NCBI GenBank assembly: GCA_964453345.1
Contig: CAYVOC010000003.1
Span: forward strand, 1-64,000
DNA length: 64,000 bases
Source: an uncultured Aquificales bacterium
GTDB taxonomy: Bacteria > Thermosulfidibacterota > Thermosulfidibacteria > Thermosulfidibacterales > Thermosulfidibacteraceae
Direction: 5' to 3'
A program made the position numbers and the translations under genes. Numbering within the stretch: the stretch's first letter is position 1; the number at the start of each line of letters is the position of its first letter. Under the pieces are notes generated by a model. It was not told the DNA's origin. It searched no databases and worked only from the letters and a program-made list of their open reading frames with translations. This document shows, piece by piece, positions 9,218-21,115 of this stretch.

Positions 9218-10120
9218 ATGGGTGAGTCGGTTCATGTTCCGGTGCTTTTAGAGGAGGTTATAACCTATCTTCTGCCCTATCAAGACGGGATCATTGTGGA
9301 TGCCACCGTTGGGGAAGGGGGGCATTCAAAACACATACTTGAGCGTGTCAAACCCAGAACCCTTGTTGCCGTGGACAGGGATATAGAGATCCTTTCGGTG
9401 GCGAGGGAGAGGCTGGCGGGCTACGAAAATGTTGTTTTCATATACGGGAACTACTCCAAGCTTCCGGAGCTTCTTGCGAAGGAGGGAATCGAGAGGGTTG
9501 ATGCTGTTCTGATGGATCTGGGTATATCCTCCTACCATCTTGAGGATCCGGAGAGGGGATTTTCCTTCCTTGAGAAGGGTCCCTTGGACATGAGGCTCGA
9601 CAGGGTCGGTTCTTCAAGGACGGCCTATGAGATTCTGAACGAGTGGTCGGAGAAGAGGCTTGCTTCTATCATTAAGGAGTATGGCGAGGAGCCCTGGGCC
9701 AAGAGGATAGCGAGAAGAATTGTTGAGATGAGGAAGGAAAGGCCCCTTAAAACCACGGAGGATCTGGTGAGAGCCGTTAAATCCGCCATCCCCAGGAAAT
9801 ACTGGCCCAAGAGGATACACGTTGCCACGAGAACCTTCCAGGCCATAAGAATAGCCGTGAATGAGGAGCTTGATCATCTGAAAGAGGCTTTGAAGGCGAT
9901 AGTGAATCTGCTCAACCCCGGGGGCAGGCTCATTGTCATATCCTTCCACTCCCTTGAGGACAGGATAGTGAAGCACTCTTTTAAGAACTTTGAGAAAAAG
10001 GGTTGGGGATCTGTTCTCACCAAAAAGCCCCTTGTGCCGACCGAGGAGGAGGTTGAGCGCAATCCCAGGGCGAGAAGCGCCAAAATGAGGGTATTTGAGA
10101 AGAGCCATGAGGCTGAGTGA
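9218..10120 (+). CDS. rsmH: 16S rRNA (cytosine1402-N4)-methyltransferase
   Basis: HVPVLLEE, DATVGEGGH, DLGISS, GPLDMR, RTFQAIRIAVNEEL, ISFHSLEDRIVK, NPRARSAKMR. Confidence 0.97.
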   Translation: MGESVHVPVLLEEVITYLLPYQDGIIVDATVGEGGHSKHILERVKPRTLVAVDRDIEILSVARERLAGYENVVFIYGNYSKLPELLAKEGIERVDAVLMDLGISSYHLEDPERGFSFLEKGPLDMRLDRVGSSRTAYEILNEWSEKRLASIIKEYGEEPWAKRIARRIVEMRKERPLKTTEDLVRAVKSAIPRKYWPKRIHVATRTFQAIRIAVNEELDHLKEALKAIVNLLNPGGRLIVISFHSLEDRIVKHSFKNFEKKGWGSVLTKKPLVPTEEEVERNPRARSAKMRVFEKSHEAE

Positions 10121-11534
10121 GCTTGTCAGGACCGTGGGGGGGAGGGTTGTAAAGGGAAATCCTGAGGTTGAGGTGAGGGACCTTGTCTGCCATTCCCGCT
10201 TTTGCACTCCGGGATCCCTCTTTTTCGCCATGAAGGGTGAGTCCCTGGATGGGCACGATTTTGTAGGGGATGCGGTGGCGAGGGGAGCCGCTGCGGTTGC
10301 CGTCGAAAGACCCGTTGAGGTTGAGGGTGCATCCCTCTGGCTTGTGGATGATACGGCAAGGGCCTCGGTCGGGGCCTTGAGGAGGTTCTACGGGTCGGTT
10401 GATCGGAGGCTCTTTAAGGTGGGAATCACGGGCACAAACGGAAAGACAACGGTGGCTTATCTATTGTGGCAGTTCTTCAACCTGACCGGCAGACAGTGCG
10501 CCCTTGTGGGGACGGTGAAGTATGTGATCGGGGGGAGGGAGAGAAAGGCCCTGAACACCACTCCCGGGCTGTTCGAGCTGTGGAGGATCATGAAGGAAGC
10601 TAATCAGGGTGGTGATGAGGCGTTGGTTATGGAAGTCTCTTCCCACGGACTCAAGCAGGGCAGACTCGGAGATATAAGATTCCAGGTTTCCGTGTTCACC
10701 AACCTATCAAGGGATCATTTAGATTACCACGGAAGCATGGAGGATTACTTTTTAAGCAAGGCCCTTCTGTTCAGGGAGCATACGGAGGGCGTGTCCGTTG
10801 TAAATCTTGACGATCCCTGGGGAGAGAGGCTGGCGCGGGAGGTCCCCGCCAAGATTATTGGATACGGCATGGAAAAGGGTGAGGTGAGGGGAAGGGTGCT
10901 TGAGAGGTCCGTTGAGGGCATGAGGGTTGTTATTGATGGGGTTGAAGCGAGGACGAAGCTCATAGGCGATCACAATCTATACAACATCCTTGCCGCCTAC
11001 GCCGTCGCCGGATCCCAGGGGCTCGGCAGCAGCTTCCTGGAGGCCCTGCCGGAGCTTGAGCCTCCCCCGGGCAGGCTTGAGCCGATAGAGGGCGATGGTT
11101 TCTGGATCTTTGTTGACTACGCCCACACTCCGGACGCCTTGGAGAAGGTTCTTTTGGAGCTTAAGAGAATCTGTCCCGGGAGGCTCATGGTTGTGTTCGG
11201 GTGCGGCGGCGACAGGGACAGGGGCAAAAGACCCCAGATGGGCAGAATAGCGACCCAAATTGCCGATCTTGCCATTATAACCTCGGACAATCCGAGAACG
11301 GAGGATCCCGATGGCATAATAGAGGATATACTGAAGGGCGTTGTGGGGGATAACTATCTGGTGGAGGTTGACAGAAAAAGGGCCATAGAGAGGGCTATCT
11401 TACTGGCGTCCGAAGGGGATGTGGTTCTGGTGGCAGGCAAGGGGCATGAGGATTATCAGATTGTTGGCGAAAGGAGGTTGCACTTCGACGACAGGGAGGT
11501 TGTCAGGGGCGTATTGAAAGAGAGGGGGATTTAG
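10107..11534 (+). CDS. murE: UDP-MurNAc-Ala-Glu--meso-DAP ligase
   Basis: GITGTNGKTT, MEVSSH, FTNLSRDHLDYH, VDYAHTPD, FGCGGDRD, DAP-specific DNPR, AGKGHE. Confidence 0.96.
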   Translation: MRLSELVRTVGGRVVKGNPEVEVRDLVCHSRFCTPGSLFFAMKGESLDGHDFVGDAVARGAAAVAVERPVEVEGASLWLVDDTARASVGALRRFYGSVDRRLFKVGITGTNGKTTVAYLLWQFFNLTGRQCALVGTVKYVIGGRERKALNTTPGLFELWRIMKEANQGGDEALVMEVSSHGLKQGRLGDIRFQVSVFTNLSRDHLDYHGSMEDYFLSKALLFREHTEGVSVVNLDDPWGERLAREVPAKIIGYGMEKGEVRGRVLERSVEGMRVVIDGVEARTKLIGDHNLYNILAAYAVAGSQGLGSSFLEALPELEPPPGRLEPIEGDGFWIFVDYAHTPDALEKVLLELKRICPGRLMVVFGCGGDRDRGKRPQMGRIATQIADLAIITSDNPRTEDPDGIIEDILKGVVGDNYLVEVDRKRAIERAILLASEGDVVLVAGKGHEDYQIVGERRLHFDDREVVRGVLKERGI

Positions 11535-11572
11535 TGTATTGTTTCACAAAATCTCTTTTGCCGGAGGTTGCC

Positions 11573-11779
11573 ATGGAGTCCAACAGGGACTGGCTGGACT
11601 GGGTGTGGGGGTATGAGAGGCTTGGCGACTGGTTCTTCATGAGGGTTTTTCTGGCCTTGGTCTTTCTCATTATAGCAGCCGTTGTGCTCCACTTTGTGTT
11701 CCACAGCTACTACAAGATAGTTGAGGGCAAGACAGCCGTCTCCTTCATAAAGGGGATTGTGGGGCTGTTCACGGGTTAG
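11573..11779 (+). CDS. Small membrane protein of unknown function (68 aa)
   Basis: Strong GGAGG SD before ATG 11573; one long hydrophobic helix ([19 protein letters not shown]). Confidence 0.65.
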   Translation: MESNRDWLDWVWGYERLGDWFFMRVFLALVFLIIAAVVLHFVFHSYYKIVEGKTAVSFIKGIVGLFTG

Positions 11780-12750
11780 TCCGTGTATCTTATCCTCGGG
11801 TCTATAAGTGCGTAGCTTATATCGGCCAGGAGGTTTCCTATAAGGGTCAGCACGGCTCCTATGGTCAAAATGCCCATTATTGTCGGGTAGTCTCTCGCCA
11901 TGGCGGCCTCGTAGAACAGCTGCCCCATCCCTGGGATGGCGAAGATGGTTTCAAAGATCACGCTGCCTCCTATCAGTCCCGGGACGGAGAGTCCAAGCAG
12001 GGTGACTATGGGCATCAGGGCGTTTCTCAGAGCGTGCCTTGTTATAACGAGCCTCTCCGGCAGCCCCTTCGCCCTTGCAGTCGTTATGTAGTCCTGGTGC
12101 AGCACCTCAAGCATGCTCTGCCTCATGTAGCGGGAGAAGCCGGCGAGTCCCCCGAAGGCGCTTATGAAGACGGGAAGTATCAGGTGCTTTGCCCTGTCGA
12201 TCCAGAGCGCAAGCCCTTTAAGCTGGGAGGCGTTTATGCTTTCGAGCCCCGATATGGGAAGTATTCTCAGCTTTATGCCAAAAAGTATCATTAAAAGAAG
12301 GGCAAGCCAGTATCCGGGCATGGAGAATCCTATGAAGACGAGAACCGTCAGCCCCTTGTCAAGCAGAGAATTTCTCTTAACCGCCGAGATGATCCCTATG
12401 GGTATGGCCACAATTAGTATCAGGCCTAAGGAGAGGAGGTTTATTATCAGGGTGACGGGCAGCCTCTCTTTTATCTTCTCTATCACCGGTTTTCCATCAA
12501 TAAAGGAGTTCCCGAAGTCCAGATGTATCACCCTCTTGAGCCAGATCAGATACTGCTCGTGCAGGGGCCTGTCCAGCCCGTAGAGCCTCTCCAGCTTCTT
12601 GACCGCCTCAGGCTTTACCTTGGGGTTGAAGGCCCCTTCATAAAAGGTTGGATTTCCCGGTGCAAGCCTTATAACAAAGAAGGTTATGAGGGTGATGCCC
12701 ATGAGAAGGGGCACGCAGTTTAGAAGCCTTATAACGATGTATCTCAGCAT
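11776..12750 (-). CDS. Peptide/nickel ABC transporter permease (OppB/DppB type)
   Basis: [29 protein letters not shown] (EAA region), [21 protein letters not shown]. Confidence 0.93.
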   Translation of the reverse strand: MLRYIVIRLLNCVPLLMGITLITFFVIRLAPGNPTFYEGAFNPKVKPEAVKKLERLYGLDRPLHEQYLIWLKRVIHLDFGNSFIDGKPVIEKIKERLPVTLIINLLSLGLILIVAIPIGIISAVKRNSLLDKGLTVLVFIGFSMPGYWLALLLMILFGIKLRILPISGLESINASQLKGLALWIDRAKHLILPVFISAFGGLAGFSRYMRQSMLEVLHQDYITTARAKGLPERLVITRHALRNALMPIVTLLGLSVPGLIGGSVIFETIFAIPGMGQLFYEAAMARDYPTIMGILTIGAVLTLIGNLLADISYALIDPRIRYTD

Positions 12751-12871
12751 GGAACTTGATATATTGGTGCGGGTTGTTTATTTCAAGGGTTAGGGGTCCC
12801 TGTGATGTTGACTAAGCGGTTCTGTTTGGATAAAGGCAAAAAGCTCAAGATATCGGAGGCGGAGGTAACGG

Positions 12872-13180
12872 ATGTTTGCCATAGTTGAGACGGGCGGAAA
12901 GCAGTATGCGGTCCAGGTAGGAGATATTCTCAGGGTTGAGAAGCTCCCCTATCAGGAAGGGGAGACCATAGAGCTTGACAGGGTTCTGCTCGTTGAGGGG
13001 GATTCCAGGAAGGTTGGCACCCCCTACATTGAAGGGGCCAGGGTTGTGGCAAAGGTTCTTAAGCACGGCAGGGGCAGAAAAATTATAGGGATGAAGTTCA
13101 AGCGCAGAAAGAACTATCGCCGCAAATGGGGCCACAGGCAGTGGTTCACAGAGCTTGAGATCCTTGAAATAAAGGCTTAG
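12872..13180 (+). CDS. rplU: 50S ribosomal protein L21
   Basis: [12 protein letters not shown]...[16 protein letters not shown]. Confidence 0.97.
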   Translation: MFAIVETGGKQYAVQVGDILRVEKLPYQEGETIELDRVLLVEGDSRKVGTPYIEGARVVAKVLKHGRGRKIIGMKFKRRKNYRRKWGHRQWFTELEILEIKA

Positions 13181-13192
13181 GGAGGTTGAGCC

Positions 13193-13456
13193 ATGGCGCA
13201 TAAAAAGGGCGTTGGCAGCTCTAAGAACGGAAGGGATAGCATATCAAAAAGGTTAGGTGTTAAAAGGCACGATGGCCAGTTCGTTAAGGCTGGGAACATC
13301 ATCGTTCGCCAGAGGGGAACCAAGTTCTATCCCGGCGATAATGTGGGTATGGGCAGCGATTACACCCTCTTCGCCAAGATTGATGGCTTTGTGAAGTTTG
13401 TTTCCAGAAGGGGAAGAAAATACGTCTGCGTCTATCCCCAGCCAGTATCCGCTTGA
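13193..13456 (+). CDS. rpmA: 50S ribosomal protein L27
   Basis: [22 protein letters not shown]...RQRGTKF. No N-terminal extension and no prp gene between rplU and rpmA. Confidence 0.97.
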   Translation: MAHKKGVGSSKNGRDSISKRLGVKRHDGQFVKAGNIIVRQRGTKFYPGDNVGMGSDYTLFAKIDGFVKFVSRRGRKYVCVYPQPVSA

Positions 13457-13463
13457 TGCTTGA

Positions 13464-14464
<1,001 letters not shown>

Positions 14465-14465
<1 letters not shown>

Positions 14466-15655
14466 TGGGCAAAGAGGAAAGGAGGAGGCAGCTCTTCTCC
14501 CATCCCATAAGAAGGGTTCTGGTGAAGGTTGGGTCCGGGGTTATAGCCTCCAAGGAAGGGGGATTGAGGGAGGAGAAGGTTGAGGAGGTGGTGGATAACC
14601 TGCTCTTTCTGCGCTCCAAGGGCGTTGATGTGATACTTGTCTCGTCGGGTGCCGTTGCATGCGGTATGTCCATCCTCGGCATAAAAAAGAGGCCCGCCGA
14701 GATCCCGAAGAGGCAGGCCCTTGCGGCCGTTGGTCAGGCCCATCTTATAAGGGTGTATGAGCGATACTTTGACAGGGCCGGGGTGAAGGTGGGGCAGGTG
14801 CTTCTCACAAGGGACGATGTGGAGAACAGAAGAAGATACCTCAATGCGAAAAACGCCATAAACGAGCTTTTAAAGATGGGAATTGTTCCGGTGATAAACG
14901 AGAACGACACGGTTATGGTTGAGGAGATCAAGTTTGGGGACAACGATAGGTTATCGGCCCTGGTTGCCATTATGATGGATGTGGATCTTGTTATTATGCT
15001 TTCCACTGTTGAGGGTCTTTACACCAAAAACCCTTCCTTGAAGGGCGCCAGGCTTATAGGCGTGGTGGATTGTGCCAAGGAGGATCCCTTTGAGATCTGC
15101 TCTGTGGAGGGAAGCTCCTTTTGGGGAACGGGCGGGATGGAGTCAAAGCTTGTGGCTGTGTCTCAGCTTGTCTCTTCCGGCATTCCCGTGGTGATAGCCA
15201 AGGGGGAAAGGGGAGTTGTAGAGAGGATCCTCTCGGGGGAGAGTGTGGGAACCCTCTTTATCCCCGGCCGCAGGAGGGTTTCGGGCAAAAAGAGGTGGCT
15301 TGCCTTCGCCTCCCATCCTGCAGGTAGGGTGATCATAGACGACGGGGCCTATGTGGCCATAGTCAAGGGGGGCAAAAGCCTTCTTCCATCCGGTGTAATC
15401 GATGTCGAGGGAAGGTTTGAGGTGGGAGATGTGATAAGCTGCTGCACCGTTGACGGCAGGGAGGTTGCAAGGGGACTGTCCAACTACTCTTCAGAGGAGC
15501 TGGCGAAAATTAAGGGGTTGAAGACTTTTGAGATAGAGGCCGTTTTGGGTTATAAAAATTCTGATGAGGTTATACACAGGGACAACATGGTTGTGTGTGA
15601 GGGGCTTTTGACCAATACCACAACCCTGGAGGAGGTGTCGGGGAATGGATGTTAG
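14465..15655 (+). CDS. proB: Glutamate 5-kinase with PUA domain
   Basis: [55 protein letters not shown] overlap with obgE. Confidence 0.96.
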
Positions 15656-16901
15656 AGAGTATGTTCTGGAGAGGGCCAAGGCTGCCAAAAAGGCTTCAAG
15701 GGTTCTTGCCACCCTTTCAACCGATGTTAAGAACAGGGCTCTTAATCTCATGGCGGATGCCATAGAGGAGAAGGCGGATCTCATAAAAGAGGAGAACCGC
15801 AAAGACCTTGAGGCCGGGGAGGCCAAGGGGCTTTCAAAGGCCCTCCTCGACAGGCTTCTTCTGAACGATAAGCGCATAAAGGCCATGGCGGTTGGGCTTC
15901 GTGAGATAGCTGCTCTCCCCGATCCGGTGGGTGAGGTCGTGAGGATGTGGAAAAGGCCCAACGGGCTTATGATAGGGAAGATGAGGGTGCCCCTGGGGGT
16001 TGTGGGCATAATATACGAGTCGAGGCCCAACGTGACCGCCGATGCGGCGGGCTTGTGTGTGAAGTCTGGCAACGCCGTTCTTTTGAGGGGAGGGTCCGAG
16101 GCCATTAACTCCAACAGGGTCATAGTCCAGATCCTGAGGGAGGCCTGCGCCAAGGCCGGTGTTCCCGAGGATGCGGTGAGCTTTATCGATATAACCGACA
16201 GAAGCGCGGTTAACGAGATGCTGAAGCTGGAGGATTACATTGATCTTATAGTGCCCAGGGGCGGGGAGGGGCTTATAAGGTTTGTGGCGGAAAACTCGAG
16301 GATCCCTGTGGTTTACCACTACAAGGGCGTTTGCCACACCTACGTTGACAAGTATGCGGATCTGAAGATGGCGGAAGAGATCTGCTTCAACGCCAAGGTC
16401 CAGAGGCCCGGTGTGTGCAACGCCATGGAGACCATGCTGGTTCACAGGGATGTTGCGGAAAGCTTTCTGCCCTCCATGTGCGAAAGGTTCAGAGAGGCGG
16501 GCGTTGAGATAAGGGGATGCGAAAGGACAAAGAAGATCGTTCCCTGGGTTAAGGAGGCCACCGAGGAGGACTGGTATGCCGAATACCTTGATCTGATACT
16601 TGCCGTGAAGGTGGTTGATAGCCTTGAGGAGGCTATAGATCACATAAACACCTACGGTTCTCATCATTCAGATGCCATTGTGACGGAGAACTACGAGAGG
16701 GGTATGAGGTTTTTGAGGGAGGTTGATTCGGCTGCGGTCTATATAAACGCTTCGACCAGGTTCACCGATGGGTTTGAATTCGGCCTTGGAGCGGAGATGG
16801 GTATATCGACCCAGAAGCTGCACGTCAGGGGTCCCATGGGGCTTGAGGATCTGACGTGTCTTAAGTTTGTGATCCTGGGTTGTGGGCAGATAAGGGAGTG
16901 A
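15645..16901 (+). CDS. proA: Gamma-glutamyl phosphate reductase
   Basis: [60 protein letters not shown]. Confidence 0.97.
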   Translation: MDVREYVLERAKAAKKASRVLATLSTDVKNRALNLMADAIEEKADLIKEENRKDLEAGEAKGLSKALLDRLLLNDKRIKAMAVGLREIAALPDPVGEVVRMWKRPNGLMIGKMRVPLGVVGIIYESRPNVTADAAGLCVKSGNAVLLRGGSEAINSNRVIVQILREACAKAGVPEDAVSFIDITDRSAVNEMLKLEDYIDLIVPRGGEGLIRFVAENSRIPVVYHYKGVCHTYVDKYADLKMAEEICFNAKVQRPGVCNAMETMLVHRDVAESFLPSMCERFREAGVEIRGCERTKKIVPWVKEATEEDWYAEYLDLILAVKVVDSLEEAIDHINTYGSHHSDAIVTENYERGMRFLREVDSAAVYINASTRFTDGFEFGLGAEMGISTQKLHVRGPMGLEDLTCLKFVILGCGQIRE

Positions 16902-16905
16902 TGCT

Positions 16906-17592
16906 ATGGGCGAGTTGGAAAGGCTTGGAATATTTGGAGGAACCTTTAACCCCATACATGTGGGGCACCTCATCGTTGCGGAGAATGTCAGGGACAGGTT
17001 GTCTCTGGACATGGTGCTCTTTGTGCCCTCCTATATGCCTCCCCACAAAAGCGTCGATATAGCCCCCGCCAAGGACAGGCTTGAGATGGTGCGGCTGGCC
17101 GTCAGCGATAATCCCCTCTTTGGGGTTTCCGATGTGGAGGTGAAAAAGCCGGAGAAGTCCTACACGGTGAATACGCTGTGGGAGATAAAGGCCACAAGTG
17201 AGGCCGAGCTCTTCTTCCTCATAGGCTCTGAGGCCTTTTTGCAGATACACACCTGGATGGCTCCGGAGCAGCTCTTCACCATGACCAATTTCGTGGTCAT
17301 GGAGAGGCCCGGTAAGGTGGTGGGTCCGGGGGACTTTGAGGAGTATCTGAAGGAGCTTGAGAGAAAACTACCCTATGTTTACTACAGGGGACACGAACAG
17401 CTGGACGATATTCACATATACACCCTTGAGTCCGAGAAGATGGAGTCTAAGATTTATCTTATGCCGGTTATAAGCGTTGATATATCCTCCACCATGATAA
17501 GGCGTTTCTTAAGGGAGGGGCGCAGCATCAAGTATCTGGTTCCCAAAAGCGTTGAGAACTACATAAAAGAGAAGGGGCTCTATAGGCCATGA
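16906..17592 (+). CDS. nadD: Nicotinate-nucleotide adenylyltransferase
   Basis: [28 protein letters not shown]. Confidence 0.95.
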   Translation: MGELERLGIFGGTFNPIHVGHLIVAENVRDRLSLDMVLFVPSYMPPHKSVDIAPAKDRLEMVRLAVSDNPLFGVSDVEVKKPEKSYTVNTLWEIKATSEAELFFLIGSEAFLQIHTWMAPEQLFTMTNFVVMERPGKVVGPGDFEEYLKELERKLPYVYYRGHEQLDDIHIYTLESEKMESKIYLMPVISVDISSTMIRRFLREGRSIKYLVPKSVENYIKEKGLYRP

Positions 17593-17930
17593 GGCTTGAG
17601 GAGAAGCTTCAGATTATCAAAAGGGCCATAGAGGATAAGAAGGGTAGAGACCTTAAGGTTCTTGACCTCAGGGATCTTACAACCGTGTGCGATGCCTTTG
17701 TTATATGCTCCGTGGATCTGCCCCTTCAGGCCAGGGCCATTGCCGACGAGATAGATTTCTTGCTTTCAAGGGAGGGGGAGTATCCCATTTCCGTTGAGGG
17801 CTATGAAAACTCTGAATGGCTTCTTATGGACTACGGGGATGTGGTGATCCACATATTTACCGAGTCTGCCAGGGTCTTTTACGATCTCGATAGATTGTGG
17901 GCCGATGCCCCTGAATTTTGCTTAGTCTAA
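17589..17930 (+). CDS. rsfS: Ribosome silencing factor (Iojap)
   Basis: DKKG.D...[22 protein letters not shown]...R.FYDLDRLW; follows nadD. Confidence 0.94.
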   Translation: MRLEEKLQIIKRAIEDKKGRDLKVLDLRDLTTVCDAFVICSVDLPLQARAIADEIDFLLSREGEYPISVEGYENSEWLLMDYGDVVIHIFTESARVFYDLDRLWADAPEFCLV

Positions 17931-17949
17931 ATACTTGTTGGAGGAGCCT

Positions 17950-19158
17950 ATGCTGAGGGTTCTGCTGAGTGTGGGGCTGTTTGCCGTCCTTTTTATCTAC
18001 ATAACCCTGCTTAATCCGCAGACTGTGCGGGTGGCCTTAACCACAAAATACGCCTTCACCCTTCCCCTTTCGGTGCTGATAGTGGTGACGGCGGCTGTGG
18101 GGTTTGTTGTGGCTTACATCATGGGGCTGCTCAGGGATGTTCGCCTCGTCATGCTCAAATCGGAGTTGAAGAAGCAGGGCAAAAACAAGTCCAAGATAGT
18201 TGAGTCCCTTAAGGTTGGGAGAAGGTTCGGGGATGAGGCTTCTGTAAAGTATCTTGAGAATGTGAGGGTGGGGAAGGATCCCTATCTGCTTGGTCTTTAC
18301 GGGGCCCTTTTGAGGGAGACTGGAGATGTGGAGCAGGCCAAGGAGATACATGCCGATTTGAGGATAAAGGAAGAGGACAGGATATTCCTCGCGGAGTTTC
18401 TCTGGGATCTGCACGCGGAGGGCAGGGATTCGGAGGTTCTGGCCATAGTGAAGGACCTTTCGCCGTCGGATATAACCCCTTCTGTGGCCATGGTGGCGGC
18501 TGAAGCTGCCCTCGCCCTTGGCGAGTATAAGCTGGCGGAGTTTGCGGCGGAGAGATTGTTCAGGATGGTTCCCGTTGCATCCACGGAGTCCTTCCTGCTG
18601 GGGGTGAAAACAGAAAGGCTTAAGGCTTCGGAGGACACGAAGGGCCTTAAGAAGCTTTTGAAGAAGAAGCCCGGGTTCATTCCAGCCATAGAGGCGCTCA
18701 TTGAGCTGGAGGATGTGGCTTCCGCCCTTGGTGCCTTGAGGGAGGCTTACAGGGAGACCAAGGACCCCACCTATGTTTTCTGGTTGATAGATGTTGTCGT
18801 CAAGAGGGAGGGGGCTGATCCTGGAAAGACCATGGAGTTTATAAGGAAGGCCATCCCGGAAAAGGACGAGACAGCCTCTTTGATAGTGGCCTATCTCTAC
18901 GCCAAGCTTGGCATGTATGAGGAGGCCCTCAAGATGCTTGGAGAGTCCGAGACCTCCGATACCGGACTGGCCCGATATGTGCGCTTCCTTGCCCTTAGAG
19001 GGCTTGGCCGCTATGAGGAGGCGAGCAGGGTGTGTGAGGAGCTGGCCGAAAGGGGGGCATACTCCTACGTGTGCGGTGTGTGCGGGAGCAGATGGCCGGT
19101 GCTTTACGGTCGCTGTAGGAATTGCAATTCCTACGACAGCATCAGACTGGAGGTATGA
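17950..19158 (+). CDS. LapA-like N-terminus fused to LapB-like TPR/rubredoxin protein
   Basis: Two N-terminal TM segments flanking NPQTV (LapA/DUF1049-like), helical repeats, and a C-terminal YVCGVCG...YGRCRNCNSYDSI metal-binding motif like LapB. Confidence 0.65.
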   Translation: MLRVLLSVGLFAVLFIYITLLNPQTVRVALTTKYAFTLPLSVLIVVTAAVGFVVAYIMGLLRDVRLVMLKSELKKQGKNKSKIVESLKVGRRFGDEASVKYLENVRVGKDPYLLGLYGALLRETGDVEQAKEIHADLRIKEEDRIFLAEFLWDLHAEGRDSEVLAIVKDLSPSDITPSVAMVAAEAALALGEYKLAEFAAERLFRMVPVASTESFLLGVKTERLKASEDTKGLKKLLKKKPGFIPAIEALIELEDVASALGALREAYRETKDPTYVFWLIDVVVKREGADPGKTMEFIRKAIPEKDETASLIVAYLYAKLGMYEEALKMLGESETSDTGLARYVRFLALRGLGRYEEASRVCEELAERGAYSYVCGVCGSRWPVLYGRCRNCNSYDSIRLEV

Positions 19159-20369
19159 ATGTGAAATTCAGGTATGTGGCCAAGACCCTTTCAGGTGAGA
19201 ATGTGGAGGGGACCTTAGAGGCTGCAACCCCCAAAGAGGCTTCGATGCTTTTGAGGGACGAGGGGCTTATTCCCATAACCATAGAGCCTGTTAAGAGCAT
19301 ATTTGACATAGAGATCAGCCTGCCTTTCTTAAACAGGGTTTCTCTGAAGGAGCTCACCATCGCCACAAGACAGCTTGCCGCCATGGTTGGGGCCGGAATA
19401 CCTCTTCCAGCTGCGCTCAAGGCCATAGCGACCCAGTCCAGAAACAAATATTTCAGGCAGGTGCTTGAGGAGATAGTTGACAGCGTGGAAGCGGGAATGA
19501 AGTTTTCCGATGCCCTTAAGAATTACCCTTCGGTCTTTCCCCCTCTCTATGTGAGCATGGTTGAGGCGGGGGAGACCACAGGAGAACTCGATGTGATGCT
19601 CAGAAGGTGGGCCTTCTCCGCCGAAAAGGTCCTCGCTTTGAGAAGGAAGGTCCGCAATGCCATGATATACCCTGTGGCCGTTCTAATTATTGCCATTCTG
19701 ATATTCATATTTCTGCTCGTGAAGGTGGTCCCAACCTTTGCTAAAATATTCAGGGAGTCAGGAGTTGAGCTGCCGGCTTTGACCCAGTTTGTTTTGGCGC
19801 TCAGCGATGTGGTTAAGCACAGAATAGGGGTTGTGCTTCTCTCTGTGGTGATCTTCTTTGTGGCCTTTAGATTCGCCCTGCGCTTTGAGGGCTTCAGATA
19901 TGCCTGGGATAAGGTTAAGCTGAATCTGCCCATCTTTGGAACTCTGATAAAAAAGAGCGTTGTCGCTAGATTCTCACGGACCCTTTCGGCCATGTTGAGA
20001 AGCGGAATAAACATAATAGATGGCCTCGATGCCGTGGCTCGAACTGCGGGCAACAAGGTCGTTGAGAGGAGCCTCCTTGAGGCGAGGGACGCCATAGCAA
20101 GGGGAGAGATGCTGTCGGAGGCTCTTAAGGATAATCCTGCCTTTCCTCCCATGGTGATAGAGATGATATCTGCAGGTGAAAAGACAGGTGGGCTGGATGA
20201 GATGCTGGAGAAGGTGGCGGAGTTCTACGAGGAAGAGGTTGATGCCGCCGTTGAAGCCATGACCACCATGATTGAGCCGATAATGCTCATCATTATCGGC
20301 GGGATGATAGGAACCATCGTGATCGCCCTTTATCTTCCCATATTCAAGCTCGGGTCAACCATTCGCTGA
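19155..20369 (+). CDS. pilC: Type IV pilus/T2SS inner-membrane platform protein (PilC/GspF)
   Basis: TRQLAAMVGAGIPL, MVEAGETTGELD, AMIYP, VVPTF, ARFSRTL, AGEKTG.LDEML, EP, LYLPIF. Confidence 0.93.
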   Translation: MNVKFRYVAKTLSGENVEGTLEAATPKEASMLLRDEGLIPITIEPVKSIFDIEISLPFLNRVSLKELTIATRQLAAMVGAGIPLPAALKAIATQSRNKYFRQVLEEIVDSVEAGMKFSDALKNYPSVFPPLYVSMVEAGETTGELDVMLRRWAFSAEKVLALRRKVRNAMIYPVAVLIIAILIFIFLLVKVVPTFAKIFRESGVELPALTQFVLALSDVVKHRIGVVLLSVVIFFVAFRFALRFEGFRYAWDKVKLNLPIFGTLIKKSVVARFSRTLSAMLRSGINIIDGLDAVARTAGNKVVERSLLEARDAIARGEMLSEALKDNPAFPPMVIEMISAGEKTGGLDEMLEKVAEFYEEEVDAAVEAMTTMIEPIMLIIIGGMIGTIVIALYLPIFKLGSTIR

Positions 20370-21103
20370 TGCAGTATTTTCTTGCGGTGGGTCTTTTCGC
20401 GGGTTTCCTTTCGGGTTTTCTTGGTATAGGCGGCGGGGTTGTGATGGTCCCCTCTCTGCTTTTTTTGTTCCCCTATCTGGGCATAGGCGGCGAACATTAC
20501 GTCCACATGGCCCTTGCAACAAGCGTGACCACTGCCTTCTTCCTCACCCTTTCAAGCGCCGTCGCCCATATAAGAATGGGCAATGCAAGCCGATCCACCG
20601 TTCCGCTTCTTGCCCTTGGCGGTGTGTCTGGGGCGGTTTTCGGCACCCTTCTGGCCTCCTTCATATCGGGGGTTGTTTTGAAGAAACTTTTTGCCCTCTT
20701 TTTGATCTTTTCCGCCTTCAGGATGCTTGGAAGGGGCCCGGGAAGCGGCGTTAGTCTCCGCATGCCCGTGTGGCTCATAGGCTTTACCGCAGGATTTGTG
20801 GCTGCCTTCTTCGGGGTGGGTGGAGGGATAGTTGCCGTTCCCGCCCTCGTTGTTTCCGGCTTCTCTCCCTTGGAGGCGGTGGGGACCTCTGCTACGCTGT
20901 TGCCCTTTTTAACCGCCTCTGCCGCTGTGGGATACGGGATAAGGGGGTACATATACTTTCCGGCGGTTGTGGCCATGGCCGCCTCTGGCGTCGTAGCCGC
21001 CCAGGTGGGGGCGCGCCTTTCAAGTAAAGCTCCTAAGGATCTTTTAAGGAAGCTTTTTGCTTGCCTGTTGTTCTTGGTTGCTATAAGAATTTTACTTGAC
21101 TAA
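20369..21103 (+). CDS. Sulfite exporter TauE/SafE family membrane protein
   Basis: GFLSGFLGIGGG..MVP and a repeated AAFFGVGGG..VP, AVGTS; about 8 TM segments. Confidence 0.88.
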   Translation: MQYFLAVGLFAGFLSGFLGIGGGVVMVPSLLFLFPYLGIGGEHYVHMALATSVTTAFFLTLSSAVAHIRMGNASRSTVPLLALGGVSGAVFGTLLASFISGVVLKKLFALFLIFSAFRMLGRGPGSGVSLRMPVWLIGFTAGFVAAFFGVGGGIVAVPALVVSGFSPLEAVGTSATLLPFLTASAAVGYGIRGYIYFPAVVAMAASGVVAAQVGARLSSKAPKDLLRKLFACLLFLVAIRILLD

Positions 21104-21115
21104 ATACCTGGAGGT

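Noticed and set aside
12758-12786. Possible leaderless promoter for the OppB-like gene (minus strand TTGAAA-17-TATATC, 7 nt before ATG)
   Set aside because: Geometry matches rsmH and prmA, but the -10 lacks the conserved final T. Too weak to list as a feature.
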